Below, piece after piece: positions 52,414 through 63,526 of a DNA stretch of 64,000 nucleotides. Made by a program: the position numbers and the translations under genes. The DNA is from an uncultured Halobacteria archaeon (lineage in GTDB: Bacteria; Pseudomonadota; Gammaproteobacteria; UBA9214): the NCBI GenBank assembly GCA_963768575.1, contig CAVYIJ010000007.1, forward strand, positions 45,945 to 109,944, in the 5' to 3' direction. Position 1 is the first letter of the stretch. Each line of letters opens with the position of its first letter. A model generated the notes under the pieces. It did not search any database and was not told the origin of the DNA. It was given only the letters and a program-made list of their open reading frames with translations.

Positions 52414-52449
52414 CCCGCTTGAATTAGCTCCCCCATCACCGGATAACCT

Positions 52450-52515
52450 GCAGGAGCGGGCTTGCCCGCGAATTTACAGCCGGGTGAAAATATTCGCGGG
52501 CAAGCCCGCTCCTAC
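52450..52515. repeat. REP doublet (GTAG/GCAG-GAGCGGGCTTGCCCGCGAA inverted pair)
   Basis: gcaggagcgggcttgcccgcgaat ... attcgcgggcaagcccgctcctac; each arm has its own hairpin. Confidence 0.85.
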
Positions 52516-53906
52516 TTCTTTTTTACATGCCGCATCATGCGGGTCTTGCGCTTCACCTGTCTCGGCGTCAGCCGGTTCTTCTTGTCCTTGTAGGGGTTGC
52601 TGCCGCTCCGGAATTCGATCCGCACCGGGGTGCCTGACAACTTCAGGGCTGCCCTGAAGAAGTTGACCAGGTAACGCCGGTAAGTGGCCGGTACCCGGTC
52701 GGTCTGGTTACCGTGTATGACAATGACCGGCGGATTGCGTCCACCCTGATGGGCATAGCGCAGCTTGATCCTGCGGCCGTTCACCAGGGGTGGTTGATGC
52801 TTCAGGATGGCTCGCCCCAGGAGCTCCGTAAGCGCCGGCGTCGACAGTTCCCGCGTGGCTGATGTGTATGCAGACACGATTTGCGGAAACAGGTCGCCCA
52901 CCCCGGTGCCGTGCAATGCTGAAATGTAAGCCGTCGCGGCAAAATCCAGGAAAGGCAGCCGCCTGTCCAGCTGCTCCCTGATCTGGCTACGTTCATGCGA
53001 GTCAAGTCCGTCCCATTTATTAACCGCAACAACCAGCGCCCGGCCCTTGTCGGCGATATAACCGGCCAGGCTTGCATCCTGATCACTGATTTCCTGCTGT
53101 GCGTCGAGCACCAGGATCACGACATGTGCCGCATCGATAGCCTGCAATGTCTTGATGACGCTGAACTTCTCGATAACTTCCCGCACACGCGCGCGGCGCC
53201 TGACACCGGCCGTATCAATCAGTGTATAGGCCGTATCATCCCGCTCGAATGGAATGAAAATACTGTCGCGCGTGGTGCCGGGCAAATCAAAGGAAAGTAC
53301 CCGCTTCTCACCCAGCATGCGATTAACAAGCGTTGACTTGCCAACGTTGGGACGCCCGACCACGGCCACTCGAATCCGGTCGCCATGCTGCTCAGCGGCG
53401 CCCTCATCCTGCGCGTCCGGCAGGAGCTGCATGGCCTGCTCTATCAATGCAGTGAATCCCCGCCCCTGTGTCGCCGAAAGCGGGCATGGATCACCCAGGC
53501 CAAGCGCATGAAAGTCGATCAGCGCAGTGTCGCTGTTGACGCCGTCGATCTTGTTGGCCACCAGCAGCACCGGCTTGCCGGTACGCCGCAAGGCAACGGC
53601 AACCGCTTCATCACTCGCGTTCAGGCCATCGTGCACATCAACCAGGAACATCACCAGGTCCGCCTCTTCGACCGCCTGCCAGGCCTGTTGCGCCATCAAA
53701 CCGTCGATGTCCTGCGCATTACCGCTCAACCCGCCGGTATCGACGACTATGTAGGGACGATCACCTGCTTTACCGTCACCGTAGTTGCGGTCTCTCGTCA
53801 GTCCCGGATAGTCAGCGACCAGCGCATTCCGCGTACCCGTCATGCGATTGAACAGTGTCGACTTGCCTACATTAGGGCGGCCGACGAGTGCGATAACCGG
53901 TAACAT
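52512..53906 (-). CDS. der: Ribosome biogenesis GTPase Der
   Basis: Two GRPNVGKS G domains, DTGG/DTAG, NKID/NKWD, KH-like end. Confidence 0.98.
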   Translation of the reverse strand: MLPVIALVGRPNVGKSTLFNRMTGTRNALVADYPGLTRDRNYGDGKAGDRPYIVVDTGGLSGNAQDIDGLMAQQAWQAVEEADLVMFLVDVHDGLNASDEAVAVALRRTGKPVLLVANKIDGVNSDTALIDFHALGLGDPCPLSATQGRGFTALIEQAMQLLPDAQDEGAAEQHGDRIRVAVVGRPNVGKSTLVNRMLGEKRVLSFDLPGTTRDSIFIPFERDDTAYTLIDTAGVRRRARVREVIEKFSVIKTLQAIDAAHVVILVLDAQQEISDQDASLAGYIADKGRALVVAVNKWDGLDSHERSQIREQLDRRLPFLDFAATAYISALHGTGVGDLFPQIVSAYTSATRELSTPALTELLGRAILKHQPPLVNGRRIKLRYAHQGGRNPPVIVIHGNQTDRVPATYRRYLVNFFRAALKLSGTPVRIEFRSGSNPYKDKKNRLTPRQVKRKTRMMRHVKKK

Positions 53907-53954
53907 GATTCAGGGGTGCGTGCAGAGCCGGAAGTGAAACATCCCGGTAACGGC

Positions 53955-55121
53955 TTATTCCAGCGTAAACGCGGCCAGTTTGCCGGAATTTCCGTAGACG
54001 TAAAGCACATCATCGACGACCAGCGGCCTGGCCTTGATACCCTTCCCGTCTACTTTCACGCGTCCCGCAATATGCCCGTCTGTTCGCGACAGCAAGTGAA
54101 CATAGCCTTCGAAGTCAGCCACGGCAACATAGTCGATAAACGGCTCGGGCGCAGTCAACTGCCGGTTGGCAAGCTGATCGAGTTTCCACTCGGCCGCACC
54201 GGTACCGCGCGCCAGCGCCCATACATGGCTGTTCTCATCCGTCGCGTATACCTGTGAATAATCGACACCCAGCCCACCATAAGACGAGACATCGCGCTTC
54301 CAGCCAAGCCCCCCCGAACGCAAATCAACCTCTGCAATGCTGCCCTGGTAACTGCCCACATAAACGATACTCCCGACAATAACCGGGTCACCGTCTATAT
54401 CCACGATTCGCTCGATTTCCGACCGGCCCCGGGGTACGGCAATACTCGCCTCCCAGATGACCAGTCCCTTGTCGACACTGAGCGCCGACAGTTTACCGCT
54501 GGAAAATCCCGCAACCACCAGCCCCTGCTTTACCGCCGGCGTACCGGTACCGCGCAAGGTCAGCACCGGAACCGTGCGATCATAGATCCATAACTGTTGA
54601 CCATTGGATGCATCCAGCGCCGTCACGTTGCCGTCCGCAGTCTGGACAATGACCTTCTCGAAGTCTGTCTGCGGGACAGACAGGACTTCACTGCTCACAG
54701 CGGCCCGCCAGACTTCAGTGCCGTCTGCAATATCGAGGGCGATAACCTCCGCATTGCTGGTACCCAGCAACACCAGTCCTTCACCCGCACCGGGGCCGGC
54801 CGACACAGCCGCCCCTGTCTTGACGGTCCAGATTGCCTTGCCCGTTATCGCATCGATCGCCACGGTGCGGCCTTTGCGGTCAGCGACGAACAATTTACCG
54901 TCCATAACAACCGGGCGAAGATTAAGGGTGTAGTCGTCGAAGCCCACGCCGATATCCCTGCTCCAGCGCTTCGACAGTCTGACCGGAGATTCAATATCCT
55001 GCAGGGGGACAGGCGGCAGCGAATTGTCTTCACCTGCGAAGATACCGGGCATCCAGGAGGTCAGGGTGGAACAACCGCTCAATACGACCACCAGCATTGC
55101 TATAGCAGAGAGTCTGATCAC
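53955..55121 (-). CDS. bamB: Outer membrane protein assembly factor BamB
   Basis: LSGC lipobox, PQQ-type propeller repeats; between yfgM and der. Confidence 0.95.
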   Translation of the reverse strand: MIRLSAIAMLVVVLSGCSTLTSWMPGIFAGEDNSLPPVPLQDIESPVRLSKRWSRDIGVGFDDYTLNLRPVVMDGKLFVADRKGRTVAIDAITGKAIWTVKTGAAVSAGPGAGEGLVLLGTSNAEVIALDIADGTEVWRAAVSSEVLSVPQTDFEKVIVQTADGNVTALDASNGQQLWIYDRTVPVLTLRGTGTPAVKQGLVVAGFSSGKLSALSVDKGLVIWEASIAVPRGRSEIERIVDIDGDPVIVGSIVYVGSYQGSIAEVDLRSGGLGWKRDVSSYGGLGVDYSQVYATDENSHVWALARGTGAAEWKLDQLANRQLTAPEPFIDYVAVADFEGYVHLLSRTDGHIAGRVKVDGKGIKARPLVVDDVLYVYGNSGKLAAFTLE

Positions 55122-55774
55122 TGTGCTGTGTCCGCAGCCGGCGCCGCCAGCGCGGCAGCATGATCGTATTTGAGTTGCACCAGGTTGCGGCCGGGATTTC
55201 CCTGCGCCATCAGAGTCAAGGCAACCTGGTAAGCATCGACTGCTTGCTGTATCTCGCCGCGGACACTATGGATATCGCCACGCAGTTCCTCGATAACCGC
55301 ATCCTGACCTCTACCCGCCTCCAGTTGGTCAAGCTGGGCCATCGCCCCTTCATAATCCTTCTGACTTATCAGCACTCGCGCCAGCCGCAGTCGTCCGACA
55401 TTTACAAGTTCATCGCTGGCGCCGTTGTCCAGCACCCACTGTAATTGCGTTCGGGCGGCTTCCAGATCGCCGTCCCCGATACGGAAACTGGCAAGCGCCA
55501 TTGCCGCCAGCGACGCATAGGGCGTGCCACTGAAGTCGGCGATCAGCATGCCGGCATTATCACTCGCCGCCTTGTTGTTACCCTGTTCCATCTCGTTCAT
55601 CATGACAGCGTAGATGTCGGATGCCTGCGCCGCCTTGCGATCCTGCCACGCAAACCACGATTTGACGGCAAACACTACTGCAAGGCCGATTATGACGCCC
55701 GTAATAATCGAGCTGCCGCTCTGTTTCCACCATTTCTTGAGCTCTTCAACCTGTTGTTCTTCGGTTTCCATCAA
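55118..55774 (-). CDS. yfgM: YfgM family TPR membrane protein
   Basis: ETEEQQVEELKKWW, TPYA, RLRLARV, ELRGDI. Confidence 0.92.
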   Translation of the reverse strand: MMETEEQQVEELKKWWKQSGSSIITGVIIGLAVVFAVKSWFAWQDRKAAQASDIYAVMMNEMEQGNNKAASDNAGMLIADFSGTPYASLAAMALASFRIGDGDLEAARTQLQWVLDNGASDELVNVGRLRLARVLISQKDYEGAMAQLDQLEAGRGQDAVIEELRGDIHSVRGEIQQAVDAYQVALTLMAQGNPGRNLVQLKYDHAAALAAPAADTAQ

Positions 55775-55804
55775 CCACTCCTGTACCTGTTTTTTACACC
55801 ATGA

Positions 55805-57103
55805 TTACCGGTAAACGGGTCCGGCAAGCCCAGCCGCCAGCAAATTACCGATTCGGGCAGCTGCATCGGCCTGTGCCAGATTTTCCTGTTCAGCATCGCC
55901 ACGCAGCGACTTGATCGCCACGGTCTCCCGTTCAACCTCGCTATCCCCGATTATGAGGGCATAGTCGGCGCCGCTCCTGTCAGCGCGTTTGAACTGGCTC
56001 TTGAAACTGCCGCCACCGCAGTTGAACTGCAGGCGCAGGCCCGGGATTGCGTTACGCAACTCATCGGCGAATACCAGACCCCGTTGCACTGCCTTCTCGC
56101 CGGCCGCCACCATATATACATGCGGTCGATTATCGGGCAATTGTGCATCCCCGGACACCAGCAGCGCCAACAATCTTTCCAGCCCGAGCGCAAACCCGAA
56201 CGCCGGCGTAGCCCGGCCGCCCAGGTACTCGACCAGGCCATCATAACGTCCGCCGGCACAAATCGTGCCCTGCGCCCCGAGTCGGTCGGTCACCCATTCA
56301 AATACGGTCCGGGAATAATAATCCAGTCCGCGCACCAGCCTCGGGTTTATTGCATATTCAATTCCTGCCGCATCGAGCAACCCGCATAATTCGGAAAAAT
56401 GCTCGCTGGATTCCTCGTCCAGGTAATCCGGCAGCCGCGGTGCGGCAGCGATCAATGCCTGCATATCCGGATTTTTACTGTCCAGTATACGTAACGGATT
56501 ACTTTCAAGCCGCCGGGTGCTGTCTTCATCCAGTTCGTCCAGACGCGACTGCAGGTAAGTCACCAGTTGGTCACGGTAAGCCGCCCGCGCCGCAGGCGTG
56601 CCCAGCGAATTGATTTGCAGACTGGCGCCCTCGAGACCGAGTCGTTTCCACATGCGCGCCGTCATGAAAATCATTTCAGCATCGATATCAGGGCCGGGCA
56701 TGCCAAAGGCCTCGACACCGAGCTGGTGAAACTGGCGATAGCGACCCTTCTGCGGACGCTCGTGCCGGAACATCGGCCCGGCGTACCAGAGTCGTTGCAC
56801 CTGGTTATACAGCAGGCCGTGCTGCATGCAGGCCCTGACACAGCTTGCCGTTCCCTCCGGCCGCAGGGTGAGGCTGTCACCGTTGCGGTCTTCGAACGTA
56901 TACATCTCCTTCTCGACGATATCGGTGACCTCGCCGATCGAACGCTTGAAGAGCTCGGTTTTCTCGACCAGCGGCAACCTTATTTCGCTGTAACCGTAGG
57001 TTTGCACAACCTCGCGCAGCGTGTCTTCCAGGTACTGCCAGGCTGAAGACTCCGCCGGCAGTATGTCATTCATACCCCGAACGGCCTGTATTGTTTTGGC
57101 CAT
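55805..57103 (-). CDS. hisS: Histidine--tRNA ligase
   Basis: [43 protein letters not shown]. Confidence 0.98.
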   Translation of the reverse strand: MAKTIQAVRGMNDILPAESSAWQYLEDTLREVVQTYGYSEIRLPLVEKTELFKRSIGEVTDIVEKEMYTFEDRNGDSLTLRPEGTASCVRACMQHGLLYNQVQRLWYAGPMFRHERPQKGRYRQFHQLGVEAFGMPGPDIDAEMIFMTARMWKRLGLEGASLQINSLGTPAARAAYRDQLVTYLQSRLDELDEDSTRRLESNPLRILDSKNPDMQALIAAAPRLPDYLDEESSEHFSELCGLLDAAGIEYAINPRLVRGLDYYSRTVFEWVTDRLGAQGTICAGGRYDGLVEYLGGRATPAFGFALGLERLLALLVSGDAQLPDNRPHVYMVAAGEKAVQRGLVFADELRNAIPGLRLQFNCGGGSFKSQFKRADRSGADYALIIGDSEVERETVAIKSLRGDAEQENLAQADAAARIGNLLAAGLAGPVYR

Positions 57104-57151
57104 ATATTCCGTCTTTTCCGTGAAAACCGGTTACGATGTTACATGCGAGCG

Positions 57152-57649
57152 TTATTCTTCTGCCGGTGGAATCGCCAGGTGGCCGGGTGACTGTTCATCT
57201 CCAGGCTGGCTGTCGCCTCCCAACATCTTGCTTAGAAAAGGGTATGCGAGCCAGAGCAGGATCACGACCAGCACCACCATCATTAATCTGCGCATCAAGC
57301 GCATCGATGGCAGCCTTAGAACCGGCTTGCCGGGTGACACGCGATTAACCGTCAGCGGCGGCGGTTCATCACGGTGACTGTTGTAATCGTTTACCAGCTC
57401 ATCTACCGGCAGGTTCAGCAAACGTGCATAACTGCGCAGGTAGCCCTGCACAAAAATAGGCGCCGGGAGATTACCGGCATCATCCTGTTCCAGCGCATTG
57501 ATGACCGACACGTCCAGTCTGAGCTGACGGGCCACGCTTTCCGGCGTCAGTTGCAGTTTCTCCCTGGCGGCGACCAGCCGGGCACCAATCGGGCCACTGT
57601 CCTCCGGCCGGGCCTGCGCGCCACAATCAGTTTCCTGATCGCCGCTCAT
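57152..57649 (-). CDS. rodZ: Short RodZ-like HTH membrane protein lacking the periplasmic domain
   Basis: GARL..ARE, ALE, FVQGYLRSYARLL, one TM, about 25-aa tail; after pilW. Confidence 0.8.
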   Translation of the reverse strand: MSGDQETDCGAQARPEDSGPIGARLVAAREKLQLTPESVARQLRLDVSVINALEQDDAGNLPAPIFVQGYLRSYARLLNLPVDELVNDYNSHRDEPPPLTVNRVSPGKPVLRLPSMRLMRRLMMVVLVVILLWLAYPFLSKMLGGDSQPGDEQSPGHLAIPPAEE

Positions 57650-58400
57650 TCTCCCACTCCTGCAGCAGCAAGGTTTGCTCGCTTTCCGGGAACCCGTTTC
57701 TCAGCTGCAATGCGTAGTTGCCCCAGGCCTGATGGTCCTTGAGTTCAAATTCCGCACGTATCGCGAGCCAAAGGCTTTCCGCACTATGATCGGCCACTTG
57801 CTGGTAGCGTTGAATGTAGGCGCGGGTAGCGAGGTAATTGCCCGCTGCAAAGCTGACCATACCCATCTTCAGCAAGGCAGGTGCGTATTCCGGTTGCTGC
57901 TTGAGCGCCAGGCGTAAATATTTCTCGGCCTTCTCGATATCGGGCACGCTGAAATAACAGGTGCCTGCATTGGTCAATGGTACCCAGGGTGACCGGTAGA
58001 ATGGATTATTCGCTGCCAGCTCGAACTCATGCTCGGCTTCATCGAAGCGTTTTGACTGGCACAGAAACTGACCGTAATTATTGTGCGAACTGGCATTATC
58101 CGGATCAAGACGCAGGCCCTTCAGATAATGCTTCTCGGCAAGCTCACGCTCACCAACACGCTCATAGAGGACCGCGATTGCGTCATGCGCGCCTGCATAA
58201 CCGGGCGCCTGGCGAATCGCCTTTTCCAGCCGTTTGCGTGACATGTCGTATTCGCCGGTACGCAGGTATTGAATTCCCAGCCGGGTATTGACCTCGGCCG
58301 CCCTCAGTGCGTGCGCATCATCAGGCGTCGATGGCGATCCGGCACAGGCTATCAACAGGGTGGCTGACATGATGCAGAGACTTACCTGCTTATAGAACAT
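57627..58400 (-). CDS. pilW: Type IV pilus biogenesis/stability lipoprotein PilW (PilF)
   Basis: LIAC lipobox, [27 protein letters not shown]. Confidence 0.93.
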   Translation of the reverse strand: MFYKQVSLCIMSATLLIACAGSPSTPDDAHALRAAEVNTRLGIQYLRTGEYDMSRKRLEKAIRQAPGYAGAHDAIAVLYERVGERELAEKHYLKGLRLDPDNASSHNNYGQFLCQSKRFDEAEHEFELAANNPFYRSPWVPLTNAGTCYFSVPDIEKAEKYLRLALKQQPEYAPALLKMGMVSFAAGNYLATRAYIQRYQQVADHSAESLWLAIRAEFELKDHQAWGNYALQLRNGFPESEQTLLLQEWENERRSGN

Positions 58401-59499
58401 GTTCCTGCACCTGTATGGTTGTCAGATTCCGTTCACGGCGGCGCGTCCTGTCATGGAAACGCCCGGCCAACTGGCCGCAGGCCGCATCGATGTCATCGCC
58501 ACGCGTGCGGCGCGTGATCGTGACGATTCCGGCGTTGTTCAGGATGGTAAAAAACCGGTCAATGCGTTCCGGTGTGCTGCGCCGGTAACGCGTTTCCGGA
58601 AACGGATTAAACGGTATCAGGTTTACCTTTGCCGGGACCCCCTGCAGACATTTAACCAGTTCGCGCGCATGCTTGTCCGAGTCGTTCACCCCGTCCAGCA
58701 TGACATACTCGAAGGTTACACGACGGCGGCCTTCACCGACGTAGGCCTTGCAGCTATCCAGCAATTCCCGAATGGGATATTTCCTGTTGAGCGGTACGAG
58801 CTCGTTGCGCAGCGCATCATTTGTCGCATGCAATGACACGGCAAGACTGACATCGCAATCCTCGCGCAATTGCCTGATGGCGGGAATCACCCCGGCGGTA
58901 CTGAGTGTCACGCGCCGTTTGGACAATCCGAATCCGAAGTCATCCAGCATGATTCGCATCGAGCGAACGACATTATCATAGTTCAGCAATGGCTCACCCA
59001 TGCCCATCATGACGACGTTGGAAACCAGCCTTGGCCCGCCCGGCTGCTGGCCCAGCAAATTCGTCGCCATCCAGAGCTGTGAAATTATTTCACCCGTTGA
59101 CAGGTTACGGTTAAATCCCTGCGTTGCCGTGGAACAGAAACTGCAGTTAAGCATGCAGCCTACTTGCGACGAGATACACAGGGTACCCCTTTCCGCCTCC
59201 GGTATATACACGGTCTCGATACAGTTTCCGTCTGCCAGGCGGAACAGCCATTTTCGCGAACCATCATCGGAAACATTATCCGCCGCGACCTCCGGTAACC
59301 GGATAATGGCAGACGCACTCAACCCGGCGCGCAGGGTCTTGCTGATATTCGTCATGGCGGAGAAGTCGGTGACGCCCATGCCGTAAATCCATTTCATCAT
59401 CTGGGTCGCACGAAACGGCTTTTCACCGCGCGCGGTGAAATAAGCCTCGAGACCGGCACGGTCGAGGTCCAGCAGACTGGTTGTCGTGTTCGTCGTCAT
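58390..59499 (-). CDS. rlmN: Dual-specificity RNA methyltransferase RlmN
   Basis: [17 protein letters not shown] radical-SAM motif, [16 protein letters not shown]. Confidence 0.97.
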   Translation of the reverse strand: MTTNTTTSLLDLDRAGLEAYFTARGEKPFRATQMMKWIYGMGVTDFSAMTNISKTLRAGLSASAIIRLPEVAADNVSDDGSRKWLFRLADGNCIETVYIPEAERGTLCISSQVGCMLNCSFCSTATQGFNRNLSTGEIISQLWMATNLLGQQPGGPRLVSNVVMMGMGEPLLNYDNVVRSMRIMLDDFGFGLSKRRVTLSTAGVIPAIRQLREDCDVSLAVSLHATNDALRNELVPLNRKYPIRELLDSCKAYVGEGRRRVTFEYVMLDGVNDSDKHARELVKCLQGVPAKVNLIPFNPFPETRYRRSTPERIDRFFTILNNAGIVTITRRTRGDDIDAACGQLAGRFHDRTRRRERNLTTIQVQEHVL

Positions 59500-59521
59500 G
59501 CCATGGCAGCCACAGGCCGTG

Positions 59522-59950
59522 TCAGCGCGTCCTCGGGCAAAGCCCCTCGCTGAAGAAATATTCGATTTCCTGTGCGGCGGTTTCGGGCGCATCCGAACCA
59601 TGCACGGCATTCTCGTCGACCGTTTTCGCGAAGTCCGCACGAATAGTCCCGGGCGCCGCTTCAGCCGGGTTGGTTGCACCCATCAGCTCACGATTCCCGA
59701 GGATGGCGTTCTCACCTTCCAGGACCTGCACCACGACCGGGCCCGAGGTCATGAATTCGACGAGGTCCTTGTAGAACGGGCGCTCCCTGTGCACGGCATA
59801 GAAGCCCTCGGCCTGCTCCCGGGTGAGGTGCACCATTTTCATTGCGATGACACGCAAGCCGTTCTTCTCGAATCGACTGACGATCTCGCCAATCACGTTT
59901 TTGGCGACGGCATCCGGCTTGATGATGGAAAAGGTGCGTTCAATGGCCAT
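59522..59950 (-). CDS. ndk: Nucleoside diphosphate kinase
   Basis: [25 protein letters not shown]. Confidence 0.98.
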   Translation of the reverse strand: MAIERTFSIIKPDAVAKNVIGEIVSRFEKNGLRVIAMKMVHLTREQAEGFYAVHRERPFYKDLVEFMTSGPVVVQVLEGENAILGNRELMGATNPAEAAPGTIRADFAKTVDENAVHGSDAPETAAQEIEYFFSEGLCPRTR

Positions 59951-60121
59951 GCAAAAAACTCCATGCTATTAATGAGTAACTGGAAACCCGCCGTAAAACG
60001 GGAGCTTAGTGAATAATTTCAACGGGGTAGTTTAAGCTGAAGCCGCCTGACAGGCAATGACATCAGAAGACTTTTCAGAAAAACACGACCAGCCAGGGAA
60101 CTGATTCAGGACGAATTTCCG

Positions 60122-60196
60122 CCGCAGAGCTCACAGAGTACACAGAGATTTCAAGCATATTGGCAGCATTTTTATATTCTCTGTGTTCTCTGTGGC
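60122..60196. repeat. CACAGAG inverted-repeat element, copy 2 (short)
   Basis: ccgcagagctcacagagtacacagaga ... tctctgtgttctctgtggc. Confidence 0.8.
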
Positions 60197-60214
60197 GCTT
60201 TTTAATCAATATGG

Positions 60215-61084
60215 TCAGGAAAACACCCGGTGGGCGGTTGCGCCGATCAGTGCCGGGTTGCGAACGACGTGCACGCCGAGTTCCTCCATGCTGTCCATCT
60301 TGGCATTGGCGGTATCCGACTCACCGGAGATAATCGCGCCGGCATGCCCCATGCGCCGTCCCGGGGGTGCGGAAACGCCGGCCACGAAACCGACCAGCGG
60401 CTTGCTCATATTGTCTTTTGCCCAGCGCGCGGCATCGACTTCCTGCGGCCCACCGATTTCACCGATCATGATAACGGCATCGGTATTCGGGTCTTCCTCG
60501 AAAGCACGCAATACGGTCACGAAGTCGGTCCCGTTGACCGGGTCGCCACCGATACCCACCGAGGTCGACTGGCCCAAACCCAGCTCGGACATCTGCTGGA
60601 CTGCCTCGTAGTTGAGCGTGCCGGAACGCGACACCACGCCGATGCGGCCGGGTGAGTAGATATGCGATGGCATGATACCGACCTTGCAGGCGCCCGGCGT
60701 AATAATGCCCGGTGTGTTCGGTCCGATGATGATGGCATTGCGGTCAGCGGCATAGCGCTTGACCTGGACCATATCCTGCACCGGGACGCCATCGGCGATA
60801 ACAACCACCACGCTGATACCGGCTTCCAGCGCCTCCATGATCGCATCGGCGGCAAATGGCGGCGGCACGAAAATGCCGCTGACGTCAGCGCCTGTCGCTA
60901 CCACCGCCTGTTGCACGGTATCGAATACCGGCAGGCCAAGGTGGGTAAGCCCGCCCTTGCCCGGCGTGACGCCGCCGACAACGGTGGTGCCGTTCTTCAT
61001 GGCCTCCTCGGCATGGAACGTGGCATGTTGCCCGGTAAAGCCCTGGATAATGACCCGGGAATGCTTGTGCACAAAGACGCTCAT
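60215..61084 (-). CDS. mtkB: Malate--CoA ligase alpha subunit (SucD family)
   Basis: GGVTPGKGG, GIMPSHIY, SRSGTL, GEIGGPQE, RMGHAGAI; follows mtkA and mcl. Confidence 0.78.
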   Translation of the reverse strand: MSVFVHKHSRVIIQGFTGQHATFHAEEAMKNGTTVVGGVTPGKGGLTHLGLPVFDTVQQAVVATGADVSGIFVPPPFAADAIMEALEAGISVVVVIADGVPVQDMVQVKRYAADRNAIIIGPNTPGIITPGACKVGIMPSHIYSPGRIGVVSRSGTLNYEAVQQMSELGLGQSTSVGIGGDPVNGTDFVTVLRAFEEDPNTDAVIMIGEIGGPQEVDAARWAKDNMSKPLVGFVAGVSAPPGRRMGHAGAIISGESDTANAKMDSMEELGVHVVRNPALIGATAHRVFS

Positions 61085-62250
61085 GATTGTGCCTCCAGTG
61101 TAGCCATTACCCTGGTGGCCGCATCATCCAGGTTGTTGGCCATGATGAACGGGAAGCCGGATTTTTCGAGTATCGGTCTGCCAAGTTCCACGTTGGTCCC
61201 GGCCAAACGCACCACGATCGGCACCTTTATCTCCAGCTCGCGCATGGCCTGCACCAGGCCTTCGGCGATCCAGTCACACCGATTAATGCCCGCGAAGATA
61301 TTTACCAGGATGATCTTTACGTTCGGGTCCTGCAGCACGATCCGGAATGCATTGCCCACCTTCTCCGGCGAGGCGCCGCCACCCACATCGAGGAAATTGG
61401 CCGGCTTGCCGCCGTGGAAACTGATTGCATCCATGGTCGCCATGGCCAGACCGGCGCCGTTGACGATACAACCGACATTGCCATCGAGTGCGATGTAATT
61501 CAGCCCGTGACCGGTTGCCTCGACCTCCTTCGGGTCTTCCTCGTCGAAATCACGCAATTCGGTGATTTGCGGACGGCGGTACAGCGCATTGCCGTCGAAT
61601 GACATTTTGGCATCCACCGCCATCAGTGAACCGCCATTCACCTCTGCCAGCGGGTTGATCTCGGCCAGCAGCGCGTCCTTGTCGCGGAATGCCCGGTACA
61701 GCGCCTGCATCAGCTTGGCGGCCTCGCCGATCTGCTTGCCCTGCAGGCCGATCTTCGCGGCGATCTTGCGGCACTGGAAACTCATCAGGCCCACCGCGGG
61801 ATCGACCACCTCGCGGATGACCTTGCCCGGATCGGTCTTCGCCACTTCTTCGATATCCATGCCGCCCGAGGCTGAAGCTATGACAGTAATACGTTGCGTT
61901 GCGCGGTCAATGACCAGCGCGAGATAGTATTCCTTCTTGATGTCGCAGGCCTGCTCGATGAGTACACGCTGCACCAGGCGCCCTTCCGCCCCGGTCTGCG
62001 GTGTCACCAGGTGACTGCCGAGCATCTCGTCGGTCAGCATGCGGACATCCTCTATGGACTCCGCCAGCTTTACGCCACCGCCCTTGCCGCGGCCACCGGC
62101 ATGTATCTGCGCCTTTACAATCCAGCGCTCGCCGCCAAGGTGTTCCGCGACGGCCGCCGCATTGTCAACATTATGTGCCACGCGTCCGGCAGGCACCGGA
62201 ACACCGTAACCTTTCAACAATTCCTTGGTTTGATACTCGTGAATATTCAA
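61081..62250 (-). CDS. mtkA: Malate--CoA ligase beta subunit (SucC family)
   Basis: KAQIHAGGRGK, NGAGLAMATMD, NIFAGINRCDWIA (MtkA-type rather than SucC GGIVRCD). Confidence 0.8.
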   Translation of the reverse strand: MNIHEYQTKELLKGYGVPVPAGRVAHNVDNAAAVAEHLGGERWIVKAQIHAGGRGKGGGVKLAESIEDVRMLTDEMLGSHLVTPQTGAEGRLVQRVLIEQACDIKKEYYLALVIDRATQRITVIASASGGMDIEEVAKTDPGKVIREVVDPAVGLMSFQCRKIAAKIGLQGKQIGEAAKLMQALYRAFRDKDALLAEINPLAEVNGGSLMAVDAKMSFDGNALYRRPQITELRDFDEEDPKEVEATGHGLNYIALDGNVGCIVNGAGLAMATMDAISFHGGKPANFLDVGGGASPEKVGNAFRIVLQDPNVKIILVNIFAGINRCDWIAEGLVQAMRELEIKVPIVVRLAGTNVELGRPILEKSGFPFIMANNLDDAATRVMATLEAQS

Positions 62251-62271
62251 TGCAGTTCTCCGTTAAAAACG

Positions 62272-63246
62272 TTACTGGCGTGCGGCAAGTGATTTTTCAA
62301 TCTGCGCTGCCTTGTCGACCATGACCTGTGCCTGTCGAATGGATGCAGCGTCGATCAGTCGGCCATCCAGCGACACTGCGCCGCGTCCTTCCTTTGCGGC
62401 CTGTTCCATGGCCACCAGGATCCGGCGGGCGCGGTCGATTTCGGTATCGGCCGGGGTAAACACCTCATTGGCGAGTTCGATCTGGGACGGATGAATGGCC
62501 CATTTACCTTCGACACCCAGCGCCGCGACACTGCGCGAGACCGCACGGAAACCATCGGGATCCGAAATATCACCAAACGGCCCGTCGATCGGGCGCAAAC
62601 CGTAGGCACGGCAGGCGACCACCATGCGGGAGATCGCAAAGTGCCACTGGTCACCCCAGTGTCGTTCGCGCGCACCTTCGTTGTCCGGGTGCGTCAGCGT
62701 GTAGTAATCCGGATTGGCGCCGCCCATGTTGGTGGTACGCGCCTGGGTCGAAGCGGCATAATCGGCAACACCGAACACCATGGCCTCGAGACGTTCGGGA
62801 CATGTCTGTGCGATCTGCTCCACGTTGGCCATGCCCATGGCCGTTTCGATCAGTATGTGCAGGTTGATCTGCTTGATCTTTTTTGCCGCCTCGATTTGCT
62901 CCAGCAGGGTCGATACGAACAGGATGTCTGACGGCGTGTTGACCTTGGGAATCAGGATAGTATCGAGGTGGCTACCGGCCTGCTCGACCACATCGACGAT
63001 GTCGCGATAGCAATAGTGCGTATCCAGGCCGTTGATACGGATCGAGACGGCGCAGTTCGACCAGTCCAGGTCATTGAGTGCCGCGATCACATTCTTGCGG
63101 GCCTGTTCCTTGTCATCCGGCGCCACCGCATCTTCGAGGTCCAGGAAGACCACGTCGGCGCCCGCGCCAGGCGCCTTCTCGAGCATGCGAATATTACTGC
63201 CGGGTACTGCCAGTTCACTGCGGTGCAGGCGATTTTTAACAGCCAT
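62272..63246 (-). CDS. mcl: L-malyl-CoA/beta-methylmalyl-CoA lyase
   Basis: RLHRSELAVPGSN, DLEDAVAPDDKEQARKN, RINGLDTHY, FGVADYAAS, HWGDQWH, PIDGPFGD, as in Methylorubrum MclA. Confidence 0.88.
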   Translation of the reverse strand: MAVKNRLHRSELAVPGSNIRMLEKAPGAGADVVFLDLEDAVAPDDKEQARKNVIAALNDLDWSNCAVSIRINGLDTHYCYRDIVDVVEQAGSHLDTILIPKVNTPSDILFVSTLLEQIEAAKKIKQINLHILIETAMGMANVEQIAQTCPERLEAMVFGVADYAASTQARTTNMGGANPDYYTLTHPDNEGARERHWGDQWHFAISRMVVACRAYGLRPIDGPFGDISDPDGFRAVSRSVAALGVEGKWAIHPSQIELANEVFTPADTEIDRARRILVAMEQAAKEGRGAVSLDGRLIDAASIRQAQVMVDKAAQIEKSLAARQ

Positions 63247-63526
63247 GAATACCTCAACCTTATTAATTGTCCGGAAAAGAAGATACCTGGCGCGGTCCGC
63301 AACCAGGCATGCAAACGCAGCACGTGCTGCCTGAACAAGGCCGCGTAATATACAAGGTTGGCGCGCTTAATGAAACGCGGGCGTGCCTGCCCGGTGTGTC
63401 AACGATCAGCTGGCGGCTGGCATGAAATGCCGCCGTTATCCTGATTTATAATTTATATTCAACAGGTTATTTGATTAATAACACGCGCCTGTTCGCCGCG
63501 GGCAAAAGGGGGCCGCAACCAAACCG

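Noticed and set aside
60215-62250. TCA-cycle sucCD
   Set aside because: No sucAB/sdh context, an MtkA-type AGINRCDW motif and a directly upstream malyl-CoA lyase favour mtkAB; not fully excluded without phylogeny.
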